64,000 bases of DNA. Origin: Eledone cirrhosa. Lineage: Eukaryota. The translations under genes and the position numbers were made by a program. Of the stretch, positions 44,473 through 61,887 are shown piece after piece. The stretch's first letter is position 1, and the number at the start of each line of letters is the position of its first letter. The notes beneath the pieces are model-generated. The model saw only the letters and a program-made list of their open reading frames with translations, made no database searches and was not told where the DNA came from. The stretch covers positions 45,011,806 to 45,075,805 of the forward strand of contig OZ024755.1 in NCBI GenBank assembly GCA_964016885.1, given 5' to 3'.

Positions 44473-45167
44473 ATATAAATATATATATATATGTAATGTT
44501 GGTCTTGAATGCTACTGGTAACATGTAACTGAATACAACTTGTACTTAGAGGCTGAATGAAAAACAAACCCATCAAAGGGCAGAGGAACTCAGGAGAATC
44601 AATGGCCATCCAATAAATTTTTTTTTTTCATGGAGCGAGCAACTCCTAGTCTTCATTAAGACATCTCTCTAGCAGAAGTCACTCTGATATAAAACCTGTG
44701 ACTTTGTTTGCATCCAATGATCTTTTGGGGCAAATGCATTCGATGTTCAGAGAGTTGGATTGGTCCCTTGCAAAGCCTTTCCTCACTTAAAAAAGCTTCA
44801 ATCACAGGCATCACTTGATATGTGACATTTTTTACAACGCATGGTATTGCTGGCCATAGGCAAGTCCCTAGCAGGACTAAAAAGCCACATCCATGCTTAT
44901 GTATCAAGCGATGGCATTACTCGAAATCAAGTTGCAGCCATCATATATCTATGCTATAAAGCTGACGGCCGTATGTAAGTAACAAACTTTCCACCAAGTG
45001 GCTGGACCAAATGGCACCAAATTTGCACCATAGATGTAACTTTTTCCAAGTAAGAAAGTGAGGATATTTTTGACTACTGAATTTTGTTAAAAGATTAAAG
45101 ACATTATTTAAATATTCACTTCTTTAAAATTTTCAAATGTCAACACTTCCTGTTATACGACATTCCT

Positions 45168-45330
45168 AACGTCTTCACGAACCAAAGTATCATCTTCCTG
45201 TTTTCTTTCGGTTGCAACGTTTTTCAAAATATTTACTTCTGCATTCACAGATTGATATTTTTAGTTTCAGAAGATCCCGTTAAGAGTGAAAGCAGCGATT
45301 CTTTGCTTAAACTTTAATCTGTTATTTTAA
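45168..45330 (+). mobile_element. PLE pseudo-LTR fragment with CAGAAGA hammerhead, nested in the Helitron
   Basis: Matches ~27312-27475; followed by (TA)n. Confidence 0.82.
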
Positions 45331-45530
45331 TATATATATATATATATAATTATATATTCGTGTACAGATATTTTTGCATACACAAAAACAAAATATAAAC
45401 AAATGTATTTATTTCACGAAAGCACAGACGACTTATCATCATTGTTACTGCCGATATGTCACCCAAAATGTCCTAGCCTGGCCGAAAGATCAGATTTTTC
45501 AGAAGAAAAAATGCTACTAGAGCAACAGAG

Positions 45531-45714
45531 AGACTAAGCTTCGTAATTACCATTAACAAAGCTCAGGGTCAAACCCTAAAAGTGGCTGGCTTTCATCTGG
45601 GAAAACCATGGTCAATTGTATGTAGGATGCTCTAGAGTGAGCTCGCCAAACAATCTCTTCATCTTTGCTCCCGAGGGCCGAACAAAAAATATTGTATACT
45701 CTGAGGCTTTATAA
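45531..45714 (+). pseudogene. Helitron Pif1-family helicase C-terminal remnant
   Basis: RLSFVITINKAQGQTLKVAGFHL / HGQLYVGCSRVSSPNNL...TKNIVYSEAL*, with a frameshift. Confidence 0.88.
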
Positions 45715-47956
45715 CAATGTAATTTATGTATTTTCTGTTACTTGGAATTTCCATTATGGTTATAGCAAAATACTGGTGTGTATGAATGTAACAAAGACGA
45801 TTGGTTTGTGTGTATAATATTTAATAAACAATTTGTGCATATATAGAACAGTATAGTTGACATGTCAATGAATAGATGAGAGAATGAAACAAAGTTATTA
45901 GTTACCGTTTGGTTGCCAGGTGAACGCGCCTGGGCGACAACTCCTGGCGAAGGCCAGGAGCCGAAAAGGCGAATGAGAGAGAGAGAACTTAAAGTTGTTA
46001 GTTTTATAGGGTTCTGACCGGAAGTTACAGAAAGGGTTCTACTTCCTGTCTAGAGAGCGTTAATCTATTGGGGATGTGAGTGTCACAACAAGGGAGGCAA
46101 CTCCTGCTACATGGTTGTACAAATTATTGTAAAGTTTGTTAAAAAATGTGTTCTCTGTTCAATCTTTATTGTTGTAACTATCAATTTTCTTTAACATACT
46201 GGCTGAGAAAAGAAACCTACAATGAAAGAACATCTTAAAGTTTACCCAAGCCAAATGTTGTATTTATTAGCATTTCTATCTGCAGGTTCTTAGCAAGCTT
46301 ACTGGCGCTTTAGTATGGTATTCAATTCTCATATCGTTTTTGATTGATATGGTGCATATATCGCAGCTAGTCATATGTTTTAAACATTAGATAACGATTG
46401 CTGATGTATATTGTACGACAGAATTAGCTGGAAAATATTTTGAATGAACAAATAAAAGAGATATAAAAGAGAGATGTTTGTTGGTTCCTTCGCGTATCAC
46501 ACAAAAAAAACGAAAAGTGACAATCGGAGAGTATGTACAGGATTGCGATATGAGTATATCCAGGAAAGTTTATTGATACTAATTTTATAACACCAAAGAA
46601 GAAGAAGAAAGACATACCATGTATGCTAACCAACTTGACTGCTATTTCTAGCAGGTTGGGAATCAACCATAAGGGATTCTCTCTCGACTTCGTTGTCAGT
46701 GATGATCGTGTTTCACGGCCTATGTCTCTGATTCCAACGGTGGTTTACACACACACACACGAACACTCACACAGGCACACACACACACACACATATATAT
46801 ATACACAAACACACACAAACATACACACACACAGAATACACACACACTGTAAACAAGACAATGCATTCAATACAGACGTTTTCTCTTCTGCCGGTCTTCT
46901 CTTATCATTTGTTAACCCTGGCGAAGCTGGGTACCTCAACTAGTATATATATATGTGTGTGTGTGTGTGTACATGCATATATACAGCTACACACATTCAT
47001 GTACTTGTGTGTGTATGGGGGTTCACATATATATGTCTAGGGCTTCTTTTCAGTGGCTGATAATACCTTACCAACGCCACTCGAATGAGGTAATTATTTA
47101 ACCCATAAATGGGGCCCTAACAGGTACTACTACTCCGGCCAGAGCAGACATGGGGGTTATAACAACTAAGGGGAAACTCCACATTCGCCACAGCTCCTGA
47201 ACTTCCAAACTGGAGCCTTGTCACTGGATGTAGTTCAATGTCATATCCAGGACAGATATATATATATATAAAGATTATAAAGAATAATGGTGGTGGTGGT
47301 GTGGTATGGTGGCAGCAGTGGTGGTACTGTGAGGGTGGTGGTGGTGGTGGTGGTACTGTGAGAGTGGTGGTGGTGGTGTTATAAAATGCCAAGATGTATT
47401 AATCTGAATATGGGAATATTATGAAATGTTTTAATCATCTCCTTGGGCGGCTAGTAGGGGGAAGGTTATGTGTATGTGTGAGTGTGTGTTTGTGTGAGTG
47501 TGTGTATGTGTGTGGCTGTGTTTATGGCAGTCAGTTACATGTGGCAGGGTGTGTGTGTGTTAATGAGTGTGTGAGTGTGTGTATGTGATAGAGACATAGC
47601 AATATATCATAGATTAATAGGGACAAGTATATATATATGTGTGTGTGTGTATGTCTGCATATGTGTGTGCATGTCTATGTCAGTGAATGTGTATGTGTGT
47701 ATCATAGGGATGCTCCAGCATGGCCTTAACCAGTTGGCTAGAGGAGGCCAAAGAATAAAACATTACATATATTTAAAGAGAAAATACTTTGCTGATCTCC
47801 TAAATTGTGTGACATCTTTTGAGGTGACACAGGTTGGCTGGGGTCACCAGAGCAATTAAAGTGCTCAAACGTTGCTAGGCCTCAGGAGAGGATGAAATTT
47901 CACCCAAGACATATTCATGTGGTTTGTTGTGGTAGGTTCTGCAGGAGAATAAGATC

Positions 47957-48128
47957 AATGGACCTTCCTTGAGGTCCCTATACCAATGGACAGCTCCTTC
48001 CTTGAGGTCCCTATAACAATGGACAGCTCCTTCTTCCTTGAGGTCCCTATACCAATGGACAGCTCCTTCTTCCTTGAGGTCCCTATACCAATGGACAGGT
48101 TATTCTTCCTTGAGGTCTCTATAACAAT
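47957..48128 (+). repeat. ~33-36-bp tandem repeat (CAATGGACAGCTCCTTCTTCCTTGAGGTCCCTATA), about 5 copies
   Basis: Visible direct repeats. Confidence 0.85.
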
Positions 48129-48129
48129 G

Positions 48130-49055
48130 CCCTAGTATTTATGTTGAAATAAATGGTGATATGTTGAAACCATTCAATGTAGATGTTGGACACCACCATG
48201 GGTGTAACCTCTTCTGTTCCTAATCTTAATCAACTGAATTGACATGTGCAGCCAGGTTGGAGGTGGTATCAAGATTGGTTGGTGTCAGTTGCTGGAAGAT
48301 GACATGATACAACTTAACTTGTCAAAAGGCACTTCATTGGTTTGCTGCCCGGTCCTGCTAAGACTGAGAAACTTGTCCTCTTAAGAAAGCCATCACACAG
48401 CCCTCTGCATGTGAGAGGAGTTCCACTGAAGAAGATGAAGAAGTTTAAGTATCTTGGCACCATGTTCATGAGTAATAGAAAGCAAGAGGCTACATTAAGG
48501 GCAAGAATTGCAGGAGTTGGTGCAGTAATGTGCCAGCTTCAGCATTCAGTAATCAAAAGAAGGGAGGTAGGTGTAAAAGCCAAACTCGTTATCTTCAATT
48601 TGGTGTGTGTGCCAACCTTACCAATGGTCATGAATCTTGGGTAATGACTGAAAGAATACAACCGTGAATACAAGTGGCCAAAATGGGGTTCCTCTGAAGT
48701 GTCTTTGGAGAAATATTACTCAGTAGGGTGCATTGCTCGGAGATCAGGGTGTTACTCTAAATAGATCCACTACTTCTCTGCAATGAGAGCTCACAGCTCC
48801 GATACTATGGACATGTGGTAGAATGTCTCGGGGAAAGAATTGCTGGACAGATTTTATGGGCAAAACCAACTGGCAGGTGACCCAGGGGTAGACCCTGAGC
48901 AAGATGGTTAGATAACATCCATGAGCTTGGTTAATCTCACTTTGGGATCCAGTGGGATCAGATGGAGATGGTTGCTTCTGACAGGACCTGCTGGAAGATA
49001 TGTTTGAGGACTCTGCCCCCACAACCCTCCCAGGAATAAATGGGAGAAGAAGAAA
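48130..49055 (+). mobile_element. Old, degenerate Expander/Rex3-like RTE LINE 3' part
   Basis: KKFKYLGTMF...KAKLVIFNLVCVPTL and GHESWVMTERIQ...DPLLLCNESSQLRYYGHV, with multiple stops. Confidence 0.75.
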
Positions 49056-49206
49056 GAGGAGGAGGTGTTTTATTATTTTTAACTTTGCCTTTAATCCTTA
49101 TGGGGTCGATAAAATAAAGTACCAGTAATTCACTGTTATAATTTCTGGCCTTGTGCCAAAAGTAGAAATAATTATTACTACACATATATATATATATATA
49201 TATATA

Positions 49207-49400
49207 TGGTGGCTGCCAACTCGTTTTCGTGTACGGCCACTACTTTATATCCATGTAGGAGAACTCCTACCGATGCGCTGAACGAGTGACTTTTTAGTCC
49301 AGCCAACGACTTGAAAACTTTGGTACACACACTACACTTGTGACAATTATTGACACATAGTGCTGGGTCCATGTTACCATGTGACGACAAGTGCAGAGAG
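49207..49400 (-). mobile_element. Possible LINE 3' end with C2H2-like knuckle
   Basis: CSVCTKVFKSLAGLKSH followed by a short tail ending in (TA)n, resembling BovB-type RTE C-termini. Confidence 0.4.
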
Positions 49401-49641
49401 ATATCCAGATATAAAGCAATGCCTGTGCTGTGAAGCTTTTATAGTGAGCAAAGGCACTGCACAAAGCCAGTCCCACTCTCTTAACCAAGATGATATTTAC
49501 CAAAAAGAAGAACAAGTCAACATCATTGGATACCATCAGGGCTGCAGGTGTTATATCAGAGTTTTCCTTCTTCTAGAATTCTACCTTGACAAAGGCTAAG
49601 GGGTCATCTCTCCCGGTGATTTTGTATATATATATATATAT

Positions 49642-50065
49642 ATAATATATAAAATCAAAAGATGGTTAAAAGAGTTCCATGTATTTTATTATGCGTATTT
49701 CAAAAACAAATATCATCATGCAATAACATTTGTGTTTTCGTCAGATAAAATAGGAAGACATGATATGAAGGTTAAAATACACTTGTGAATAGTGCAGTTT
49801 TAAATCAACGTATGTTGATTTAAAACTGCACTATTCACAAGTGTATTTAAACCTTCATATCATGTCTTCCTATTTTATCTAACGAAAACACAAATGTTAT
49901 TGCATGATGATATTTGTTTTTGAAATGCGCATAATAAAATACATGGAACTCTTTTAACCATCTTTTGATCTTATATATTATTTATACTCCAGTCCTACAA
50001 ACTGTAGAGTGCTTCTTATCCGATATCTGCATTGCTTTATTGTACTACAATAAAACTCACCTCCT

Positions 50066-50070
<5 letters not shown>
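49642..50070. mobile_element. Non-coding palindromic element (~168-bp arms, 4-nt loop, 49642-49981) plus unpaired 3' tail; hammerhead on each arm
   Basis: Symmetry centre 49811/49812; ATTTTAT-CTGACGA-stem II-GAAA-TGCGCA-TA-ATAAAAT consensus at 49683-49751 (-) and 49872-49940 (+). Confidence 0.85.
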
Positions 50071-50124
<54 letters not shown>

Positions 50125-50506
50125 AACATACGTACACACACACATATACATAGAGGGAGAGAGAGAGAGGAGATGTACATATATATCACCGTCAATTGTC
50201 CTACATATAAACACATATACTTCGTACTCTCTCTCTTCCCCTCTGTCTGTCAGTGCCCCTCCGTCTCCTTCCCTGCTTCATCGACCTATCCTTTCAACAA
50301 AAATAATACTGACATTTATGTCTAACGCATTCAAATACACATTCATAACAGCTATATATTTACACCACATTTGCCCCTCAACTAGAGCCGTTCGTTCAAA
50401 ACATTTTTATCTATTTGTTAGTTTAAAAAGAAAAATTCTGCTCTATTTCAACCAACCACAGCACTTACACCACTTTAAAATATATTAATTTCTTTATGAA
50501 TTAATC

Positions 50507-50680
50507 ATGGCCGACTCTCTCTTACCTGGAAGTAAACTTTCGTCGAGTACGCTTTTATTCTTTACCTTGTTTCATCTGTTATTCATATTAATAATACCTG
50601 TGGAGTGTAATTTAGTCAATGTAAATATAGATGCGAACCTGAATTTGTTTGATTTGTTTGAAAATGAAGATTTATTACAG
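50507..50680 (+). CDS. Candidate first coding exon of a secreted or membrane protein (unknown)
   Basis: ATCATGG start, 58 codons with a hydrophobic core (LLFFTLFHLLFILII) and VEC cleavage-like site, ending at a consensus donor CAG|GTAAGT; non-repetitive sequence. Confidence 0.55.
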
Positions 50681-50769
50681 GTAAGTTATTTATTTAGACT
50701 TTCTTATTTAAGTTTCCCTTTCACAAACACATACCTGTGTGAATTTGTCAACACTCATATATGTATACA

Positions 50770-53200
<2,431 letters not shown>

Positions 53201-55295
53201 TATAACTTTGAATAACTTTGAAATGTTTTGGCCAGTATTGGCCCAGGCCATGTCTAACTTAATAGCACCACCTGGCGAAGTCTTTCAATCAGGATTTGGG
53301 CACCATGGCCCATTCGAGAAGAGAATTACTGTTTGCGGAGACATATCCGGGTGTGGGTGGTTTGTCCGGGATTACTTGGAGGAATTTGTCCAAAGACTTC
53401 TTGAATTTTGTGTGGTCAGTTTCTGTTTTGACGTGTCCTGGTGTGATGTTGAAGAGAGCAGGGCGATTGAGGTGAAATAATTGTGCCGTATTGTTGTTAT
53501 GAGTTGCGATTTAGATTTTTGAATGGGACGGATAGCACGGGGCCCAAGCCTTGGGTGTATCTTGAAGGCGATGCCAACATCATTTGGGCAGTGATGATGG
53601 AACATTTTCCACATCATGCAGATAATATAACGCTCACGGCGACGTTGGAGTGAGTAAAGTTTCAGGTTTTTCCAATCGACCCCAGTAGTCAAGGTCTGAC
53701 ATGCCATCTATCTTTTTCGTGATTGCCCTTTGAGGAGCTTCAAGTTTCATGATACTTTGTTTCGTGTGGGGAGACCACAGTGGTCGGGCGAAAGTAGAGA
53801 AGAGAAGGATAATGGTGCGGGAATCTCTCGACTGGAAGGTTCTGAGGATCCAGGAACACATTCTGCGGGCCATGTCAACTTTGCTGCTTATATGCGTGGT
53901 CCAGCTTATGTTGCTGTCCACGGTTACTCCCAAGTCTCTGATGTTGTTAGATGCCACGAGAGTTTCCCAGGAGGGAAGGGAGTACGGGAGTTTCAGAGCA
54001 TCCTCTTTTCCAAAGTGGATCAGTTCGAATTTGTCTTCGTTCAGTAACATGTTGTTCTTTTCTGCCCATTGGGTAACAGCCAGTAGGTCTGACTGAAGGC
54101 TTATCCGGTCATCCACGCCATTGATGACCTTTTGGAGCTTGGAATCATCAGCGAAAATTTTAATGTTGATGTGTTTGATGATGTCAGTGATGTCATTAAT
54201 ATAGATGATGAAGAGAAGTGGGCCCAACACAGTGCCTTGTGGGACTCCACTACTGACTTTGGCTGGGCTTGATTTGACTCCCTCAACTACAACATGTTGG
54301 GTTCTGTTTGACAGGAAGCTCTTGATCCACTGCAGCAGCTTTCCAGTGACACCAATATTGGACAGCTTTCTCAGTAGAATGTTATGATCAACCCTGTCAA
54401 AGGCCTTGCTGAAATCAAGGTAGATAACATCAGTGTTGGAACCCTCTCCCAAGGCTCTCAAAATGTCATCAAAGTGATGCAGTAGTTGCGTCAGGCAATC
54501 CCTTCCATTACGGAATCCATGCTGGTTGGAGTTCAGCATATTGTTACTCTCAAGGAAGTGGGTCATTCGCGATCTCACCACTCGCTCAAATACCTTAATG
54601 ATATGAGAGGTGAGTGAGATTGGACGGTAATTCACGGCAAGGGATTTGTTTCCCTTTTTGAAAACTGGGACAACAGACTGGGATAGAAGGTTTTCTGGCA
54701 CATATCCAGCATCCAGTGAGTTCCGCCACAGATTGGCAAGAGGAGAAGCAAGTTGGTGTTGACACGCCTTCAAGACACAAGCAGGGAACCTATCGGGACC
54801 TACTGCTGAATTATGCTTGATTTCCTTTATTGCCGCCAAGACATCAGGGGCGCCAAACGTTATGTCCGATAAGGTGTAATGGGGAGTAACATCGCCGATA
54901 CAGCCCAGATCGGCCATATCAGGATTGCTGAAAACAGAGCAGTATTGTTTCTGCAGTATCTCACCCATGGTTTTAGCATTGTCTTGAAGAGTGCCATTTT
55001 CATCAATTAGAGGGCCAACAGTAGAGCCAGTGATTTTGTGTTTTTTTGCAAATGAAAAGAACACTTTGGGATTGAGTTTGATCTTCTCAATGGCCCAGGC
55101 CTCTTCAGCTCTTCTCTGATTGTTGATGAGGGACATTATGTTGTTTTGGAGGTTATGTTTTTTAATCTCTAGTGATGAAATGGCAGTCAAGTTGATGTGT
55201 TGCTGCTGACAGTATTTCAGATTGTTGATTTTTTTGTTCGTTCTCTTAATTTTTCTGATGAGCGTTTTTCTATTTCTAGGGATTCTGCTCTTAGA
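53201..55295 (-). mobile_element. 5'-truncated CR1-clade LINE (RT ORF 53634-55190, frameshifted continuation to ~53300)
   Basis: NPKVFFSF, NYRPISLTS, QHGF, YLDFSKAFDRVDH, GVPQGTVLGPLLF, FADDSK, RDLGV motifs; short TCAAAGTTAT repeat tail. Confidence 0.92.
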
Positions 55296-56601
<1,306 letters not shown>

Positions 56602-57060
56602 TACAATATTAAATAAATGGAAAACTATATTTATAAAACCATATTTATTTCATTATATATATTTCGGGGATATCATATTAACAATATGCTATGCCTTCAT
56701 CAGACAAAATACAATATAAACAGTTTTATAGATAAATAGATTCGACATACCGTAATAAACAACGACTTCATTTGAAGAGGTTTACTGCTGGCGTAAACCT
56801 CTTCAAATGAAGTCGTTGTTTATTACGGTATGTCGAATCTATTTATCTATAAAACTGTTTATATTGTATTTTGTCTGATGAAGGCATAGCATATTGTTAA
56901 TATGATATCCCCGAAATATATATAATGAAATAAATATGGTTTTATAAATATAGTTTTCCATTTATTTAATATTGTAAATATACTCCAAATATTTGTCGAG
57001 TGCTTTTATATCAGTTATAAATATTTACTAGTTGTAACCCAACAATTTTAAATATAACTT

Positions 57061-57063
<3 letters not shown>
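56602..57063. mobile_element. Non-coding palindromic element (184-bp arms, 7-nt loop, 56602-56976) plus unpaired tail; hammerhead on each arm
   Basis: Centre 56789; ATTTTGT-CTGATGA-stem II (CATATT/AATATG)-GAAA-TATATA-TA-ATGAAAT at 56868-56931 (+) and 56647-56710 (-). Confidence 0.85.
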
Positions 57064-58257
<1,194 letters not shown>

Positions 58258-59294
58258 CTGGGTACACAAGAGATGTAGCGGGATCTCAGGAAGCTTAATT
58301 AAGAATGTAGGATTCACATGCAGCAGCTGTGCTGAAACAGCAAGCAAACAGCCACAGGAAACAAGTACCACCAATCTCTGGGAGGGCCCTGTAGAAACAG
58401 TAGACAGCTTCTGCTACCTAGGTGACCGAATTAGCAACGGAGGTGGGTGCTCAGAAAGTACAATAACTAGGGTAAGAACGGGATGGAAGAAGTTTAGGGA
58501 ACTACTACCACTGCTAGCTGCAAAAGGCTTCTCCCTCAGAATGAAAGGCAGACTGTATGATGCGTGTATCCGAACAGCGATGTTGCATGGTAGTGAGACC
58601 TGGGCGCTGAAGGTGGAAGACTTACGTAGATTAGAGAGAAACGAAGCCTGCATGCTCCGATGGATGTGTAACAGTAATATACGTGAACGACAAAGCATAA
58701 AGGAATTGAGAGAGAGACTGAGCATAAGAGGAATCAAATGCTGCGTGCAGGAGAGGCGGTTACGCTGGTATGGACATGTGATGCGTATGAAGGATGACAG
58801 CTGCATAAAAAGGTGCAGAGCACTAGAAGTTGATGGAAACCGCGGAGTGGGGAGACCCAAGATGACTTGGGATGAGGTGATAAAAGCCGACCTTACCCAA
58901 CTACACCTCTCAAAGTCAATGACACACGACCGTGACTTCTGGCGTCACGCAGTAATACAGGGTACCCGACCTCCCATGGGTACATGCTGAAGCATATAAA
59001 CAATATGCCCCCACCCCCCCACCCCACCGCAAGGTGGTCGTGGAGGTGCCACGGCAAAAAAGCACCCAGCCCACACTGTAAAGTGGACGTGTAGGCGCCA
59101 CGAAAAAGCACCCAGCACTCACTGTAAATGAGGTTGGTGTTAGGAAGGGCATCCAGCTGTAGAAATCAAGCCAGATCAGTTCCTGTATGAGCAAGGCATG
59201 GTCAGCCGACCAGACACTGCCCACAACAGGACAACCCGTCTAACCCATGCTAGCGTGGAAGAACGGACGTAAAACGGTGATGATGATGATGATG
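58258..59294 (+). mobile_element. RTE LINE 3' fragment, near-identical family to 29180-30887
   Basis: ORF 58541-58990 almost identical to the C-terminus of 29489-30877; same 3' UTR; (GAT)n. Confidence 0.95.
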
Positions 59295-60081
<787 letters not shown>

Positions 60082-60134
60082 TAGAATTCCCTTTTTCGGA
60101 TTATATTACTGTGAGAGCCCTGGTTTTCTGTTGA

Positions 60135-60216
60135 GCTCTGCTGATGATTGAAATTCCAACCGTGACCATCTCCACTGAAAGTTTTCATGAAATAGTCTTT
60201 TAAGACTATACAGAGC
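60135..60216 (+). ncRNA. Canonical type I hammerhead ribozyme within a ~390-bp non-coding insert (60082-60470)
   Basis: GCTCTG-CTGATGA-TTGAAA...TTTCAT-GAAA-TAGTCTT-TT-AAGACTA-TA-CAGAGC. Confidence 0.85.
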
Positions 60217-60478
60217 ATTTGATGTTATTCCAAATTGAAGGATAAGTGTTTCAAACTTTATTTTATCATGAGTTAAAGGTCTATAGATTTTCCCTGGATT
60301 TTACTAAATTCTGTGGATGAATTTATATCCTGATTCTCTTTTGAGATGAGTTTGAGTTATTTTTCCTAAATCTTTCGTTAACTACTTTTCCCATCTTGAC
60401 GTTATAGTCGCATATATGTTATAGAATGCCGTTAGCTTCTTGCTAAAACAATCTCTATACCTCTCATTTATATATATT

Positions 60479-60527
<49 letters not shown>

Positions 60528-60550
60528 ATATTTATATATATATTTATATT

Positions 60551-60599
<49 letters not shown>

Positions 60600-60696
60600 A
60601 TATAACGAAGGTAATGTGGTAAGGAACCAGGTGGACCATAACGCACCAAAGTACTCAATACTTGAGGTAGTAGAGTGGGTAATAGGAACCAGTAAG

Positions 60697-60792
60697 ACCC
60701 CGACAGCTGAGCTCAAGCCGTTTCGACGGCTAATTCTGGGGACTAAATGAAAATTTATCCTGGTATTTAAATAGCCGATCTTCTCAAGGGGT
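60697..60792 (-). ncRNA. Type I hammerhead with compensatory U3-A8 core (UUGAGAA)
   Basis: ACCCC-TTGAGAA-GATCGGCTA...TAGCCGTC-GAAA-CGGC-TTGAGCTCA-GCTG-TC-GGGGT; GUC cleavage triplet. Confidence 0.75.
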
Positions 60793-61887
60793 AATTCCAT
60801 ATATGGTCAAAGTGATTGTCAAAAATCAGTAGTAATTCTGTGGTTGCAAATTAGTAGGGGAGATGGTGGCTAAACCTGCCAGTAGGAGAAGGTGGAGTAG
60901 ACCCAATCAAGCGTTGGTAGTGCCAGCTACAGCTGGGCATGAGGTCAAAGAAGATACAGGGGAGGGGGAGGGGGAGGAAGTCGGAACGGTAGGTAGAACA
61001 ATGGGGGGTAGAAATAGGAAAGAAAAAATACTGAGAGTGAAGAAAAGCAAATAAGTGTAAAGAAAAAGAAAAAGTAAAGTAAATTAAATTCAACGACCTA
61101 GGTGTCAGGCTATTGTTAGGCGAGAATAAAATAAAGAAAGAAAGAAAGAAGTAAATAAATAAATAAATAAGGAAATAAGTAAGAGAACTAGGTGGGACGG
61201 ATAAGGCAAGGACCCTTTTAAGAGGTATAAGTACGTAAATGATACGGTGACGGGTCAACAAAAGGGGCCAAAATACTAAAGAGACTACCACGAAATAAAC
61301 AATAAAGGTTTCCATCCCGGGCCAGCAACGACCCAGTGCAGCAAAGTGAACTTGTACGAGATAATAATTCTGAGTCCCGGGAAAAATATATACTAATGCT
61401 AACTCTAAAAGATCTAAAACAAGCTACATGAAAGTTCGTACGAAATAAAGGTAGAATACGGAGAAATAAATTCAGAATCCACCCCGCCCAGAAGAAAAGC
61501 GAAGCAAGAAATACTGAAACGAAAAAATAAGGCATAAGTGCCACTAAGAAATATAGAGGGCACAGAGAATAGTGGGAGCGGTCGGAAAAAGGGGGAAAGT
61601 ATCCGGGGTCTAAGCCAACTGCTATAAAGGGCGGAGTCCACCAAATCTATCAAAGACTAGGGGAGGGGGGGGGGGGGTACTAAGGCTACATGGGGCCAAA
61701 GGGCAGCCTCGGGTGGGCGAGAAAAGACGCCGACAAAGGAGAAGAGCTGGGGTAGAAGGACAAAGGAGAGAGGGGGGGGAAGGAAATAAAGGAAGCGATA
61801 AAAGAATACAAAGAAGATCTTACGTCTTCCTTGGCAAGCAGGGGTTACCCATTGCAAAATCGGCAACTGGGGTGTTATAGCCCCAGT

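Larger units (their letters stand above)
44948..46943 (+). mobile_element. Non-autonomous Helitron
   Basis: A|TCTATGCTATAAAG 5' end; 3' hairpin ACCCTGGC-GAA-GCTGGGT followed by CTAG|T; internal helicase remnant. The 5' boundary is less certain. Confidence 0.78.
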
